16,279 nucleotides of DNA from Kofleriaceae bacterium (GTDB lineage: Bacteria > Myxococcota_A > Polyangia > Haliangiales > Haliangiaceae): the NCBI GenBank assembly GCA_046597055.1, contig JBKJLC010000152.1:1-16279 (forward strand), written 5' to 3'. The notes under the pieces were generated by a model. It was given only the letters and a program-made list of their open reading frames with translations. It did no database searches and was not told the DNA's origin. This document shows, in pieces, positions 1 to 9,178 of the stretch. Each line of letters starts with the position of its first letter. The stretch's first letter is position 1. The translations under genes were made by a program, and so were the position numbers.

Positions 1-219
1 GATGCGCCCGTTGCCGTGCAGGAAGGTGGAGACCAGGCCCACGGCCGCGAGGCGGACGGCGGTCTTGGTCGCGTTGGTCAGGCCCTTCTTGCGCAGGTAG
101 TCGATCGCCTTCTCGGCGTCGGCCGAGCACTCGACGAGGGCCTTCTTGCAGTCGCTCATCCCCGCGCCGGTGCGCTCGCGGAGGTCCTTGATCATGGCGG
201 GAGTTACTTCGGCGGTCAT
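1..219 (-). CDS. tsf: Translation elongation factor EF-Ts, N-terminal part (runs off the window's left edge)
   Basis: Manual translation from ATG at 219: [46 protein letters not shown]..., the EF-Ts N-terminal signature. It lies directly downstream of rpsB, with SD-like AGAGGA upstream. Absent from the ORF track because there is no stop in the window. Confidence 0.97.
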   Translation of the reverse strand, partial: MTAEVTPAMIKDLRERTGAGMSDCKKALVECSADAEKAIDYLRKKGLTNATKTAVRLAAVGLVSTFLHGNGRI

Positions 220-253
220 GGTCGTCTATTCCTCTTGGCCTTCGTGCTCTTGC

Positions 254-1123
<870 letters not shown>

Positions 1124-1222
1124 GGTGTCTCGTTCTCCGTTGGGCCTCCGGCACCGTCACAGGCCGCCGAGAACCCACACCTGTGGGCCACGGTCGACGG
1201 CCTCGGGAGCCGTGGGAAGTTG
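1124..1222 (-). ncRNA. rpsB 5' leader, t44-like cis-regulatory RNA
   Basis: Minus strand reads CCCAC, then a long hairpin (CGGCUCC/GGUGCCG; AGGCCGUCGA 1203-1194 pairing with UCGGCGGCCU 1170-1161; GGCCCACA/UGUGGGUU), then GAGGCCCAAC. This matches the stem-then-GAGGC..AAC layout of the E. coli rpsB/t44 leader. Boundaries are approximate. Confidence 0.6.
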
Positions 1223-1229
1223 GAGGCGC

Positions 1230-1259
1230 GATCTAGCACGCATCGCGGGCACGACGCAA
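1230..1259 (-). promoter_or_regulatory. sigma70-type promoter of rpsB-tsf
   Basis: TTGCGT (1259-1254), 18-nt spacer, extended -10 TG-C-TAGATC (1238-1230), then GC-rich discriminator GCGCCTCC. The E. coli rpsB promoter has the same extended -10 plus GC-rich discriminator architecture. Confidence 0.6.
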
Positions 1260-1285
1260 CGCTTCTGGGAACCGGCCCTCGGTTC

Positions 1286-1383
1286 CAACCCTTCAGTATC
1301 GTTCGCCTTTGAACCGCACCGGTCCCGAACCCCTGACCGGCGCCCAGGTCGCAACTCATGAGTATCGTTCGGCTTTGACCGCA
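1286..1383. repeat. Two-copy imperfect direct repeat (33/32 bp, period 66 bp)
   Basis: CAACCCTTCAGTATCGTTCGCCTTTGAACCGCA (1286-1318) versus CAACTCATGAGTATCGTTCGGCTTTGA-CCGCA (1352-1383); 28 of 33 positions identical. Confidence 0.85.
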
Positions 1384-1420
1384 GCTGGCGCCGGCGGACG
1401 ACCGCGCCCCGCGCCAGGCC

Positions 1421-1429
1421 TGCTACGGT
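1421..1429 (+). promoter_or_regulatory. Extended -10 element, putative leaderless promoter of the DCC gene
   Basis: TG-C-TACGGT ending 6 nt before ATG 1436; no SD. Confidence 0.5.
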
Positions 1430-1435
1430 TCGCGC

Positions 1436-1879
1436 ATGTCGCTGTCCGTTCCCGCTCCCGTCGCGGCCGCCGGGCTCGCGCCCTTGCCGCCGCGGATCGT
1501 GCTCTACGACGGCGTCTGCGGGCTGTGCAACCACGCGGTATCGTGGCTGATTGTCCGTGACGGCGGGCAGTTCCACTACGCCCAGCTCCAGGGCGAGACC
1601 ACCGCCCGGCTCCGCGCGCGGTTTCCGGAGATTCCGCAGGAGATCGACTCGGTGGTCTTCATCGACGGCGACCGCATGTACCTGCGGTCCCGCGCGTTCA
1701 TGCACCTGGCTCGCTACCTGCCACGACCGTGGCGGTGGCTCCGGTACCTGCGCTGGGTCCCGGCGGTCGTCGCCGACCTGCCCTACCGGCTGATCGCGTC
1801 GAACCGCTACCGCATCTGGGGCAAGACCGAGCGCTGTCGGCTGCCCCAGGTCGGGGAGCGCGAGCGCCTGCTGCCCTGA
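1436..1879 (+). CDS. DCC1-like/DUF393 thiol-disulfide oxidoreductase
   Basis: IVLYDGVCGLCN (DxxCxxC), DSVVFI, YLRSRA, and D..YR.IA.NRYRIWGK...C..P, all typical of the DCC family. Confidence 0.93.
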   Translation: MSLSVPAPVAAAGLAPLPPRIVLYDGVCGLCNHAVSWLIVRDGGQFHYAQLQGETTARLRARFPEIPQEIDSVVFIDGDRMYLRSRAFMHLARYLPRPWRWLRYLRWVPAVVADLPYRLIASNRYRIWGKTERCRLPQVGERERLLP

Positions 1880-1932
1880 CCCAGGCGCTGCGCGCCCGGG
1901 CGCCCGCAGGTGAAGAAGTGTTGCGGCGGTCG

Positions 1933-2193
1933 TCAGCGCGGCGCGGGCCGCCCGGCGGTGCCGGCGTCGACGTCGTCGCGGGTCACCTCGCGCACGCCGG
2001 CCTCCACGCCGCGCTTGAGCTTCTTGGCGGCCGGCCCCGCCTTGTCCTTGATGTCCTGGGTCATGTCCTTGGCCTCGGGCGTCGACCACACCGCGCTGAT
2101 GTGGCCGAAGAACGTGCGCTTGCCGAGGTTCACGGTCGCCCCGAACCACACGAACATGCCGAGCAGCACCAGGATGACGAGGAAGCGGATCAC
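1933..2193 (-). CDS. Small hypothetical membrane-anchored protein (86 aa, GTG start)
   Basis: Hydrophobic N-terminal helix (IRFLVILVLLGMFVWFGATV) followed by a charged amphipathic tail. High-GC3 codon usage; fits the gap between flanking genes. Confidence 0.8.
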   Translation of the reverse strand: MIRFLVILVLLGMFVWFGATVNLGKRTFFGHISAVWSTPEAKDMTQDIKDKAGPAAKKLKRGVEAGVREVTRDDVDAGTAGRPAPR

Positions 2194-2199
2194 GCAAGG

Positions 2200-2205
2200 A
2201 ACATA
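2200..2205 (-). promoter_or_regulatory. -10 hexamer, putative leaderless promoter
   Basis: TATGTT 6 nt upstream of GTG 2193; no SD. Confidence 0.45.
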
Positions 2206-2254
2206 GCGCGCCGCCCGTCCCGACGCAGGCCCGGGTTCGCCGACGGTCGGGCGG

Positions 2255-3598
2255 CTAGTTCGGCGGCGGCACCGAGGCGGCCCGGGCCGCCTCGGTGGCC
2301 GGGATCGACTCGTTGCGGCGCATGAGCACCGGCAGGAGGTACCTGGCGACCTCGCCGAACACGTTGATCTCGGGCTCGAGCATCTTGCCGATGCCCTGGG
2401 CGGTGATCAGCGCGACCAGCACCAGCGTCATGTCGGTCACCGGCCGCACGTGGTAGCGCCGGCCGATCGCGTACATGTCGTTGATCAGGCTGCCGTAGTC
2501 GAGCTCGCCGATGTCCTGCTTGCGGATGCGAATCGCGAACAGCTCGACCTCCTTGCGCAGCGCGGCCCAGTCGACCTCGCCGAGGTAGAGATGGAAGCGG
2601 CGCAGGTGGCTGACCAGGTCGTCGGGGGTGCCCATCGCCAGGCACTTCGACATGTCGATGAACTGGATCAGCACGTCCTCCTGGAGGTGCTTGCACAGGC
2701 CGAGGTCGAGCACGACCACCTGGTCGTTGTCGCGCACGAACATGTTGCCGGGGTGGAGGTCGGCGTGGAGGAAGCCGTCGTCGAAGCACATCTTGAACAT
2801 CGTCATGCGCACGGTCTCGGCGACCTTCGAGTGCCGCCCCGGCGGCAGCGCGTCGACCTTGGTGCCGCGCACGAACTCCATGGTCAGGACCCGCTCGCTG
2901 CACAGCGTGGGCACCAGCTCGGGGAACGTGACCCGGTCCTTCCAGGTGACGAACTTGTCCTGGAACATGCGGTTGTTGTCGGCCTCGATCCGCAGGTCGG
3001 TCTGGTCGTGGATCGCCTCGACGAAGTGGCGGAGGTGCCCGACCGGATCCGACAGCCGGATCCGCGGGTGCAGCGCGCCGAGCTTCGCGAAGCCGAGCAA
3101 GATCGTCGCGTCGCGCTCGACCTGGCGGCGGACGTCGGGCCGCAGCACCTTGACCGCGACCTCGCGGCCGTCGCTCAGCCGGGCCCGGTGGACCTGGGCC
3201 ACCGACGCCGCCGCGACCGGGGTCTCGTCGAGCTCGGCGAACAGCGCGGCGACCGGGCGGCCGAAGTCGGCCTCGATCGTCTGCTTCACGCGCGCGAAGC
3301 GGAACGGCGGCAGCCGGTCCTGCAGCGTGCGCAGCTGGGTGATGACCTCGGGCGAGAACAGATCGGGGCGGGTGCTCATCACCTGCCCCATCTTGATGAA
3401 GGTCGCCCCCAGCGAGGTCATCACCTGGCGCAGCCACCAGCCGCGCAGGCGACCGACCGTCTGCACCCGGCGCGCGCGCGGGAACACGCACAGCGTCCCC
3501 AGCCGGGCGACGCCATAGACGAGCCCCGCCAGCAGCACCACCAGGAACAGGTGGAGGAAGTGGAGGACGTTGCCAGGCCAGCGCAGGAGACGTCGCAC
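2255..3598 (-). CDS. AarF/ABC1/UbiB family atypical protein kinase-like protein
   Basis: [18 protein letters not shown] (KxGQ motif), [12 protein letters not shown] (Ala-rich loop), [13 protein letters not shown] and LDLG. Confidence 0.95.
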   Translation of the reverse strand: MRRLLRWPGNVLHFLHLFLVVLLAGLVYGVARLGTLCVFPRARRVQTVGRLRGWWLRQVMTSLGATFIKMGQVMSTRPDLFSPEVITQLRTLQDRLPPFRFARVKQTIEADFGRPVAALFAELDETPVAAASVAQVHRARLSDGREVAVKVLRPDVRRQVERDATILLGFAKLGALHPRIRLSDPVGHLRHFVEAIHDQTDLRIEADNNRMFQDKFVTWKDRVTFPELVPTLCSERVLTMEFVRGTKVDALPPGRHSKVAETVRMTMFKMCFDDGFLHADLHPGNMFVRDNDQVVVLDLGLCKHLQEDVLIQFIDMSKCLAMGTPDDLVSHLRRFHLYLGEVDWAALRKEVELFAIRIRKQDIGELDYGSLINDMYAIGRRYHVRPVTDMTLVLVALITAQGIGKMLEPEINVFGEVARYLLPVLMRRNESIPATEAARAASVPPPN

Positions 3599-3604
3599 CG
3601 ACCC

Positions 3605-3610
3605 ATCCTA
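3605..3610 (-). promoter_or_regulatory. -10 hexamer, putative leaderless promoter of the AarF gene
   Basis: TAGGAT 6 nt upstream of GTG 3598; no SD. Confidence 0.5.
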
Positions 3611-3693
3611 CCCGTCCGACCGACCGGTCGGGGGTCCTGGGTGGCCGGCGGCGGGCCCGACCCGGGGGCCGCGCCGCCCCCGCCAGCGCCGGC

Positions 3694-5613
3694 TTATTCG
3701 GTGGCGCGCTTGAGGATCAAGAACTCGACGCGGCGATTCTTCGCGTACGCCTGCTCGGTCGACTTGCGCTCGATCGGCTGGGTCTCGCCGTAGCCCTGGC
3801 CCTCGAGGCGATCGGCGGCGATGCCCTTGTCGGCCAGGTACTTCACGACCGACTTGGCGCGCTTGTCGGACAGGCTGAGGTTGTAGGCGTCGTTGCCGCG
3901 CTCGTCGGTGTGGCCCTGGATCTCGATCAGCTGGATGTCGGGGTTGCCCTCGAGGGTCGCCGCCACCGCGTCGAGGATCGGGAACGACTCCGACTTGATG
4001 ACGGCCTTGTTGTACTCGAAGTACACCTTGTCGAGGATCTCGATCTTGGTGTCGGTCACGACCACGCGTCCGCGATCCGGACAGCCGTCCTCGTCCTCGA
4101 AGCCGTTCTTGGTCTCCGGCTCGTTGGGGCACTTGTCGTCGACGTCGAGGATCTTGTCCTTGTCGTTGTCGGGATCCGGGCAGCCGTCCTCGTCCTCGAA
4201 GTCGTCCTTGTCCTCGGGGTCGTTCGGGCACAGGTCGTCGACATCGAGGATTCCGTCGTCGTCGTTGTCGGGATCCGGGCAGCCGTCCTCGTCCTTGAAC
4301 TTGTCGAAGTCCTCGGGGTCGTCCGGGCACTGGTCGACGTCGTCGAGCAGCCCGTCGCCATCACGGTCATTCTTGTTGCCCTCCGGACAGCCGTCCTCGT
4401 CCTCGAAGTCGTCCTTGTCCTCGGGGTTGAGCGGGCACTTGTCGTCCTCGTCGAGGATGCCGTCCTTGTCGTTGTCGGGCTCGGGGCAACCGTCCTCGTC
4501 CTCGAACTGATCGAAGTCCTCGGGGCTGTCGGGGCAGTCGTCGACGTCATCCTTGAGGCCGTCGCCGTCGCGGTCGCCGATGTTCGGCTCGAACACGATG
4601 CCGATGAACGCGCGCGCCTTGGGGCTGCCGACCTGGCCCGGCATGATGCCGGTGCCACCGCCGAGGGTGAGGAACGAGTTGCGGGCCAGGTAGACCTTGA
4701 TGCCGCCGATCGCCTCGAGCGGGAAGTAGTTGCTGCCGCCGAGCGGGACCGCGCCATAGACCTCGCCGACGATGTCGAACTTCTGCGGGGTCAGCGCGTA
4801 GGCGAGGCCGACGCCGACCGGCAGCTCGGTGCCGGTGTTGAACGACTCCATCGTCTGCGGGGTCGGATCCTGGCCGTCCTGTACGTCGGCGCCGGTGTCC
4901 TGGTAGGTCGTGCTGCCGGTGCGGTAGCGGATGCCGGCGTTGAGCGCCATGCGGAAGCGGCGCTCGTCGCCGAACTCCTTGTCGAGGACGACCATGCCCT
5001 GTGGCGTGATCTTGTCCTCCCCGAGGAACTTGTCGGGCTCGCTCGCGGTCGGCAGGTAGAGTGAGCCGACCACGCCCAGGCCGATCTTGGGCCCGCGTGA
5101 GGTCTTGAGGAAGCGCGTCTTCAGGTGGACGCCGACGTTGCCGAGGCCCTGGCCGTCGATCTTGAAGCGGCGCGAGTCGTTGTTGTTGGCCGGGTCGCCC
5201 TCGTCGTCGGGACCGCGGTCACCGGACACGATCAGGAACGGCACCGACACGCCGAGCTCGAGCTCGGCCGGGCCGAGCTTGAGGCCGGCCGCGGCGATCA
5301 AGGTCGGCGTGATCACGTTGTCGATCGACATCGTGGTGCCGTTGGGGCCCTCGAACTCGAGCAGCTTGTAGCCCCAGTCGGTGACGAGACCGAACGAGAA
5401 CTCCTTGTGGCCGAGCATCTGCGACGCGTTGACCGTCAGGTACCCGCGCGAGTCCATCGCGTGGTGGAACGCGTTGATGTTGATGTTGCCGGCCGGCTTG
5501 TCGGCCGACTGGGCCGCGGCGACGGTGGGCAGCGCTGCCAGACCGACCACGGCAACCGGGAGGATGAAGCGGCGACCGATCGGTGCCGAACGAATCAACG
5601 ACCGCAAGGGCAT
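3694..5613 (-). CDS. OmpA-family outer-membrane protein: signal peptide, predicted beta-barrel, thrombospondin type-3 repeats, OmpA C-terminal peptidoglycan-binding domain (TraB-like architecture)
   Basis: Signal peptide ending AAA-Q; amphipathic beta-strand region; five Asp/Cys-rich repeats; VYFEYNKA..., [31 protein letters not shown] and NRRVEF. GGGAGG SD. Confidence 0.93.
   Translation of the reverse strand: MPLRSLIRSAPIGRRFILPVAVVGLAALPTVAAAQSADKPAGNININAFHHAMDSRGYLTVNASQMLGHKEFSFGLVTDWGYKLLEFEGPNGTTMSIDNVITPTLIAAAGLKLGPAELELGVSVPFLIVSGDRGPDDEGDPANNNDSRRFKIDGQGLGNVGVHLKTRFLKTSRGPKIGLGVVGSLYLPTASEPDKFLGEDKITPQGMVVLDKEFGDERRFRMALNAGIRYRTGSTTYQDTGADVQDGQDPTPQTMESFNTGTELPVGVGLAYALTPQKFDIVGEVYGAVPLGGSNYFPLEAIGGIKVYLARNSFLTLGGGTGIMPGQVGSPKARAFIGIVFEPNIGDRDGDGLKDDVDDCPDSPEDFDQFEDEDGCPEPDNDKDGILDEDDKCPLNPEDKDDFEDEDGCPEGNKNDRDGDGLLDDVDQCPDDPEDFDKFKDEDGCPDPDNDDDGILDVDDLCPNDPEDKDDFEDEDGCPDPDNDKDKILDVDDKCPNEPETKNGFEDEDGCPDRGRVVVTDTKIEILDKVYFEYNKAVIKSESFPILDAVAATLEGNPDIQLIEIQGHTDERGNDAYNLSLSDKRAKSVVKYLADKGIAADRLEGQGYGETQPIERKSTEQAYAKNRRVEFLILKRATE
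4075..4575 (-). repeat. Five intragenic ~99-bp (33-aa) thrombospondin type-3-like Ca2+-binding repeats
   Basis: Consensus [31 protein letters not shown] occurs five times in the translation. Confidence 0.92.
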
Positions 5614-5687
5614 GGAGCCTCCCAGAAAACCGGATGAGGGAGAGGTCAGTAGGGGTGTGCCCGACCGCCCAACCCAAGGGTGGCCAT

Positions 5688-5717
5688 GAGTTACAACAGG
5701 TCAGGCCGGAGGGTCAA
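5688..5717 (-). promoter_or_regulatory. Candidate sigma70-type promoter for the OmpA/TSP3 gene
   Basis: TTGACC (5717-5712), 18 nt, TAACTC (5693-5688); the -10 is imperfect. Confidence 0.35.
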
Positions 5718-5771
5718 CGAAACCGACCCCCGCATGCACGTGAGCGGGTCCGGTCTGCGGCCCAAGAGGCG

Positions 5772-5792
5772 CCGCCACCACGAGAGTGGCGG
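5772..5792. other. GC-rich hairpin downstream of the FHA gene (possible weak terminator or stability hairpin)
   Basis: CCGCCAC-N7-GTGGCGG; no proper U-tract. Confidence 0.3.
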
Positions 5793-5823
5793 GGCCGGCC
5801 TGCTCGGTTACACGGGCGCGCGA

Positions 5824-7752
5824 TTAATCGAGCGAGACGCCGTTGGCGAGGCAGCGCTGGCGGATCAGCGACTGCCGGCTGACCGGCAACAGCGGGTAGT
5901 ACTGCTTGGCCTTCGCCGTGTTCTTGAGGTTGCAGGCCGCCAGCGCGGCGGTCGTCATCGCCAGCAGCTTGGTCGAGCTGTCGGGCTTGGCCCGCAGCGC
6001 CTGCTCGGCCACGTTGAGCGCGCGGCCCCACTGCGAGGCCTTGGCCGCGGTCTGAGCCTCGGCGCTGAGCTCGGTCGCGCTGCGACCGGTCGGGGCGGTG
6101 CCGCCATCGCCGCTCGGCTTGTCGACGCTGGGGCTGGTGCCACCGCCGGTCCCGGGGCCGGTGCTGGCGACCGCATCTTCGCAGGGCACCGCCGACACCA
6201 CGTCGCGGGCGTCGGGGAACACCCGGGCCGCGTCGACGGCGAGCCGGCGCAGGTCCCTGCACTTCCGGGCCTTGGCCAGGGCCTGGGCGTCGCGCTTCTT
6301 CTCGACCAGAAACTGGTCGTGGAGCTGGTCGTACTGGTCGCGCGCCTTGTTCTTGTAGACCGAGTCGCTGGCGAGCTTCTCGAACAGCACGACCGCGCGG
6401 TCGTACTGCTTGCGCTGCGCGGCCTCGACGAAGCGGCCGTACTCGATCTCGTGCTGCAGCTCGCGCTTGGCCTGATCCGCGATCGCCCGCGCGTCCGTGT
6501 TGTCGGGCTCGAGCTTGAGCAGCTGCTGGGCGACGTTGGACGCCTCGGCCCACTTGCTGCCCTCCATCGCGGCCCGCGCATCGGTCATGAGCGCGGCGAC
6601 CCGGGCCGGGTCGACGGACGGGGTCACGGTGCCGGTGGCGGCGGCCGCGTCGATCGTCTCGGGCGCCACGACCGCCGCGGTGCCCGGGGTCGCGCCGGTG
6701 CCAGGCCCCGTGTCCACCGCCGTGCCGGTCCCGTTCTCCACCGCCGTGCCGGGACCGGCATGAGCGATCGCGACGTCGGGCGCCGTGCCGGGGCCGGTCT
6801 GGCCGGCGCCCCCCGGCTCGCTGGCCAGGTTGCCCGACGGCTTCTTGCTGCCGCCGCTCATGACCACCGCGACCACGCCGCCGACGACGACCAGGCCCAG
6901 CAGCGCGTAGATCCAGCCTCGCTTGCTGCCGGTCGGCACGTCGACGATCTGGGCGTCGCGGCCGAACACGAAGTCTTCGCCCGACTCGACGAAGCGCAGC
7001 CGCACGTGGCCGAGGTCGACGGTGTCACCGCGGCGCAGCTCGACCTTGCCGTAGTCCTCGCCGTTGACCCGCACGCCGTTGGACGACTGCAGGTCCATGA
7101 TCGTGTAGCGACCGGTGTCCGGCTCGCGGACGATCTTGGCGTGGTTGCGGCTGATCGATCGGTGGTTGATGACGATGTCGTTCTCGTCGGTCCGCCCGAT
7201 CACCATCTGCGGCTTGGTGAGCTGGAACTCACGGCCGGCGAAGTTCGAGGACAGCACGACCACCCGGGCCGGGCTGCCGTTCGTGCTGCTCAGCGGCACC
7301 GCGGTCGCGACCGCGCGCGCGCCGGGGTCGGTGTCGGCCAGGGCGATCCCGGCCGACACCGCCGGCGTCATCGGCTGGGTCGAGCGGGCCAGCATCGCGG
7401 CGTCGAGCCGCTCGATCGGCTGGGTCCGCGCGTCCTCGTACGGGACCGGCGGCTGCTCGGTGCCCTCGGCCTTGAGCTCGATGAGGTAGTCGCCGATCTG
7501 GACTCGATCGCTGACCGTGAGCACCGTGCGCTGGGAGATGCGGGTGCCGTTGACGCGGACACCGTTGTAGCTGCCGAGGTCCTCGATCGCGACCGAACCG
7601 TTCGCGCGCGAGATCTTCGCGTGCTTGCGCGACACGTTCCGCTCGGTGAGCCGGATCGTGTTGCCCTCCTTGCGGCCGATCGTGATCTCGTCGCGAATCA
7701 GGGGGACGACCGTCGTCTTACCCTCGTCATCCTGGATGACTAGCTTGAACAT
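5824..7752 (-). CDS. Bitopic membrane protein with two cytoplasmic FHA domains and a C-terminal TPR-like helical region
   Basis: FHA1: ITIGR...NVSRKHA...DLGSYNG. FHA2: VIGR...SISRNHA...DLQSSNG. TM helix WIYALLGLVVVGGVVAVVM, then a G/T/P/A-rich linker, TPR-like helices (WAEASNVAQQLLKLEPDNTDA) and paired Cys. Confidence 0.92.
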   Translation of the reverse strand: MFKLVIQDDEGKTTVVPLIRDEITIGRKEGNTIRLTERNVSRKHAKISRANGSVAIEDLGSYNGVRVNGTRISQRTVLTVSDRVQIGDYLIELKAEGTEQPPVPYEDARTQPIERLDAAMLARSTQPMTPAVSAGIALADTDPGARAVATAVPLSSTNGSPARVVVLSSNFAGREFQLTKPQMVIGRTDENDIVINHRSISRNHAKIVREPDTGRYTIMDLQSSNGVRVNGEDYGKVELRRGDTVDLGHVRLRFVESGEDFVFGRDAQIVDVPTGSKRGWIYALLGLVVVGGVVAVVMSGGSKKPSGNLASEPGGAGQTGPGTAPDVAIAHAGPGTAVENGTGTAVDTGPGTGATPGTAAVVAPETIDAAAATGTVTPSVDPARVAALMTDARAAMEGSKWAEASNVAQQLLKLEPDNTDARAIADQAKRELQHEIEYGRFVEAAQRKQYDRAVVLFEKLASDSVYKNKARDQYDQLHDQFLVEKKRDAQALAKARKCRDLRRLAVDAARVFPDARDVVSAVPCEDAVASTGPGTGGGTSPSVDKPSGDGGTAPTGRSATELSAEAQTAAKASQWGRALNVAEQALRAKPDSSTKLLAMTTAALAACNLKNTAKAKQYYPLLPVSRQSLIRQRCLANGVSLD

Positions 7753-7765
7753 CGGCTGGTTCCCC

Positions 7766-7790
7766 CGCTAACCATCGAGAAAGGTTAGCG
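7766..7790. promoter_or_regulatory. Perfect 8-bp inverted repeat directly upstream of the FHA gene's ribosome-binding region
   Basis: CGCTAACC-N9-GGTTAGCG. Confidence 0.4.
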
Positions 7791-7838
7791 ATACGCCCTG
7801 GGTTGATACGGTTCGGAGACGTACGCGTCGCAACTGCT

Positions 7839-9128
7839 TCACTTCGACCCCAGCAGGCGCTGTGCGGTTTGGTATGCGATCCGGAGCTGATAGTCGTCGG
7901 CGAGGCGTGCCGCGAGTATGTCACGGCTTCCGGAAGCTTGGCCAGCCGGGGCGGCCGCGTTGGTCGCCGGTGTCCTACCTGCCACCACCACCTCGGCCTC
8001 GAACTCGGTGACCTCGAGATCGGGCTCGATGCCCTTGCCCTCGACCTCGCGACCGGACGGCGTGACGTAGCGGTGGGTCGTGACCTTGAGGCCGCTGCCG
8101 TCGAGGAGATCGAAATAGGTCTGGATCGCGCCCTTGCCGTAGGTGCGCATGCCGACCACGGTCGCGCGTTTGTGGTCCTGCAGCGCGCCCGCGAGGATCT
8201 CGGCGGCCGAGGCGGTCTCGGCGTTGACCAGGACGACGACCTTGCTGGAGATTGCCGCTCCGCCGGCGCGGGCATCGTGGGTCTCGACCTCGGTGGTGCG
8301 GCCGCGGATCGTGACGATGCGGCCCTTGTCGAGGAAGTGATCGGCGACCGCGATCGCCTGCTCGAGCAGGCCCCCCGAGTCGGTGCGTAGGTCGATGATG
8401 ATCACGTCGCTGGCGCGAGCGCTGTTCAGGCCGCCCAGCGCAGTGGCGACGTCGCTCGCGGTCGCCTCCTGGAACCGGCGGATCGACAGGTAGCCGATGC
8501 GCGGGCTCAGCGACTCCCAGGTCACCGACGGCACCTTGATCTGCGCGCGCACCAGGTCGACGGTCTGCGGTCGCTGGCCGGCGCGCAGGTACTCGACGGT
8601 GACCCGGGTGCCGGTCGCGCCGCGCAGCCGCGCGTCCCAGTAACGCTCGTCGTGGAGCCCGCTGCCGTCGGGCTCCACGGTGGCGACGCCATCGATGGTC
8701 AACAGGCGGTCGGCGGCGGCGAGGCCGGCGCTGGCCGCCGGCGAGCCCGCGATGACCTCGTCGACGATCGGCCAGGCCTTGGCCTGGGGCATCGCGTCGT
8801 CGGCCATGCCGGGGCCGAGCACCAGGCCGACCCCGGGAAACTCGCCGTCGGTGTCCTCGCGCAGGCGCTTGTACTCGGTGGGCGTGAAGAAGGCCGAGTA
8901 GGCGTCGAGCGACGTCAGCATGCCGCGGGCGGCGGCATAGAGCAGCTTGCGCTCCTCGACCGGCTCGACGAACTGACGCGACGCGTACGACAGCGCCTGG
9001 GCGAAGGTGTCGAGGGTGCGATACCGGGCCGCCTCGGGCCGCTTGGGCCGGGGCGCGGCCACCGCACCGACCGCGACCGCGACCGCGGCACCGGCCACGA
9101 AGACAGCCGCGTGCGAGGCCCTCGACAT
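7839..9128 (-). CDS. ctpA: S41 family carboxy-terminal processing protease (CtpA-like) with PDZ domain
   Basis: ARGMLTSLDAYSAFF, GEFPGVG, SPAASAGL..DRLLTIDG (PDZ), IGYLSIRRF, IIDLR..GG, TASAAEI (catalytic Ser), GMRTYGKG (catalytic Lys), YVTPSG and GIEPD. Confidence 0.95.
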   Translation of the reverse strand: MSRASHAAVFVAGAAVAVAVGAVAAPRPKRPEAARYRTLDTFAQALSYASRQFVEPVEERKLLYAAARGMLTSLDAYSAFFTPTEYKRLREDTDGEFPGVGLVLGPGMADDAMPQAKAWPIVDEVIAGSPAASAGLAAADRLLTIDGVATVEPDGSGLHDERYWDARLRGATGTRVTVEYLRAGQRPQTVDLVRAQIKVPSVTWESLSPRIGYLSIRRFQEATASDVATALGGLNSARASDVIIIDLRTDSGGLLEQAIAVADHFLDKGRIVTIRGRTTEVETHDARAGGAAISSKVVVLVNAETASAAEILAGALQDHKRATVVGMRTYGKGAIQTYFDLLDGSGLKVTTHRYVTPSGREVEGKGIEPDLEVTEFEAEVVVAGRTPATNAAAPAGQASGSRDILAARLADDYQLRIAYQTAQRLLGSK

Positions 9129-9135
9129 CCGCGCG

Positions 9136-9141
9136 ATGGTA
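9136..9141 (-). promoter_or_regulatory. -10 hexamer, putative internal leaderless promoter of ctpA
   Basis: TACCAT 7 nt upstream of ATG 9128; no SD. Confidence 0.5.
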
Positions 9142-9178
9142 TCGCGGCGGCCGACCGGGCGCCAACCGGCGGGCCCGG

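Noticed and set aside
1286..1383. Possible minimal CRISPR array
   Set aside because: Only two imperfect copies with an indel, no clear repeat palindrome and no cas genes in the window. Kept only as an unexplained direct repeat.
1157..2197. Arg/Pro/Gly-rich alternative-frame ORFs (also 2190-3491, 7975-9165, 9574-11097, 11121-12659)
   Set aside because: Low-complexity off-frame translations overlapping real genes.
3636..3678. GC-rich hairpin between the OmpA and AarF genes as an intrinsic terminator
   Set aside because: Imperfect stem in almost pure GC sequence with no U-tract; not distinguishable from chance.
4075..4575. Regular ~99-bp DNA periodicity resembling an array
   Set aside because: Fully explained by in-frame TSP3 protein repeats.
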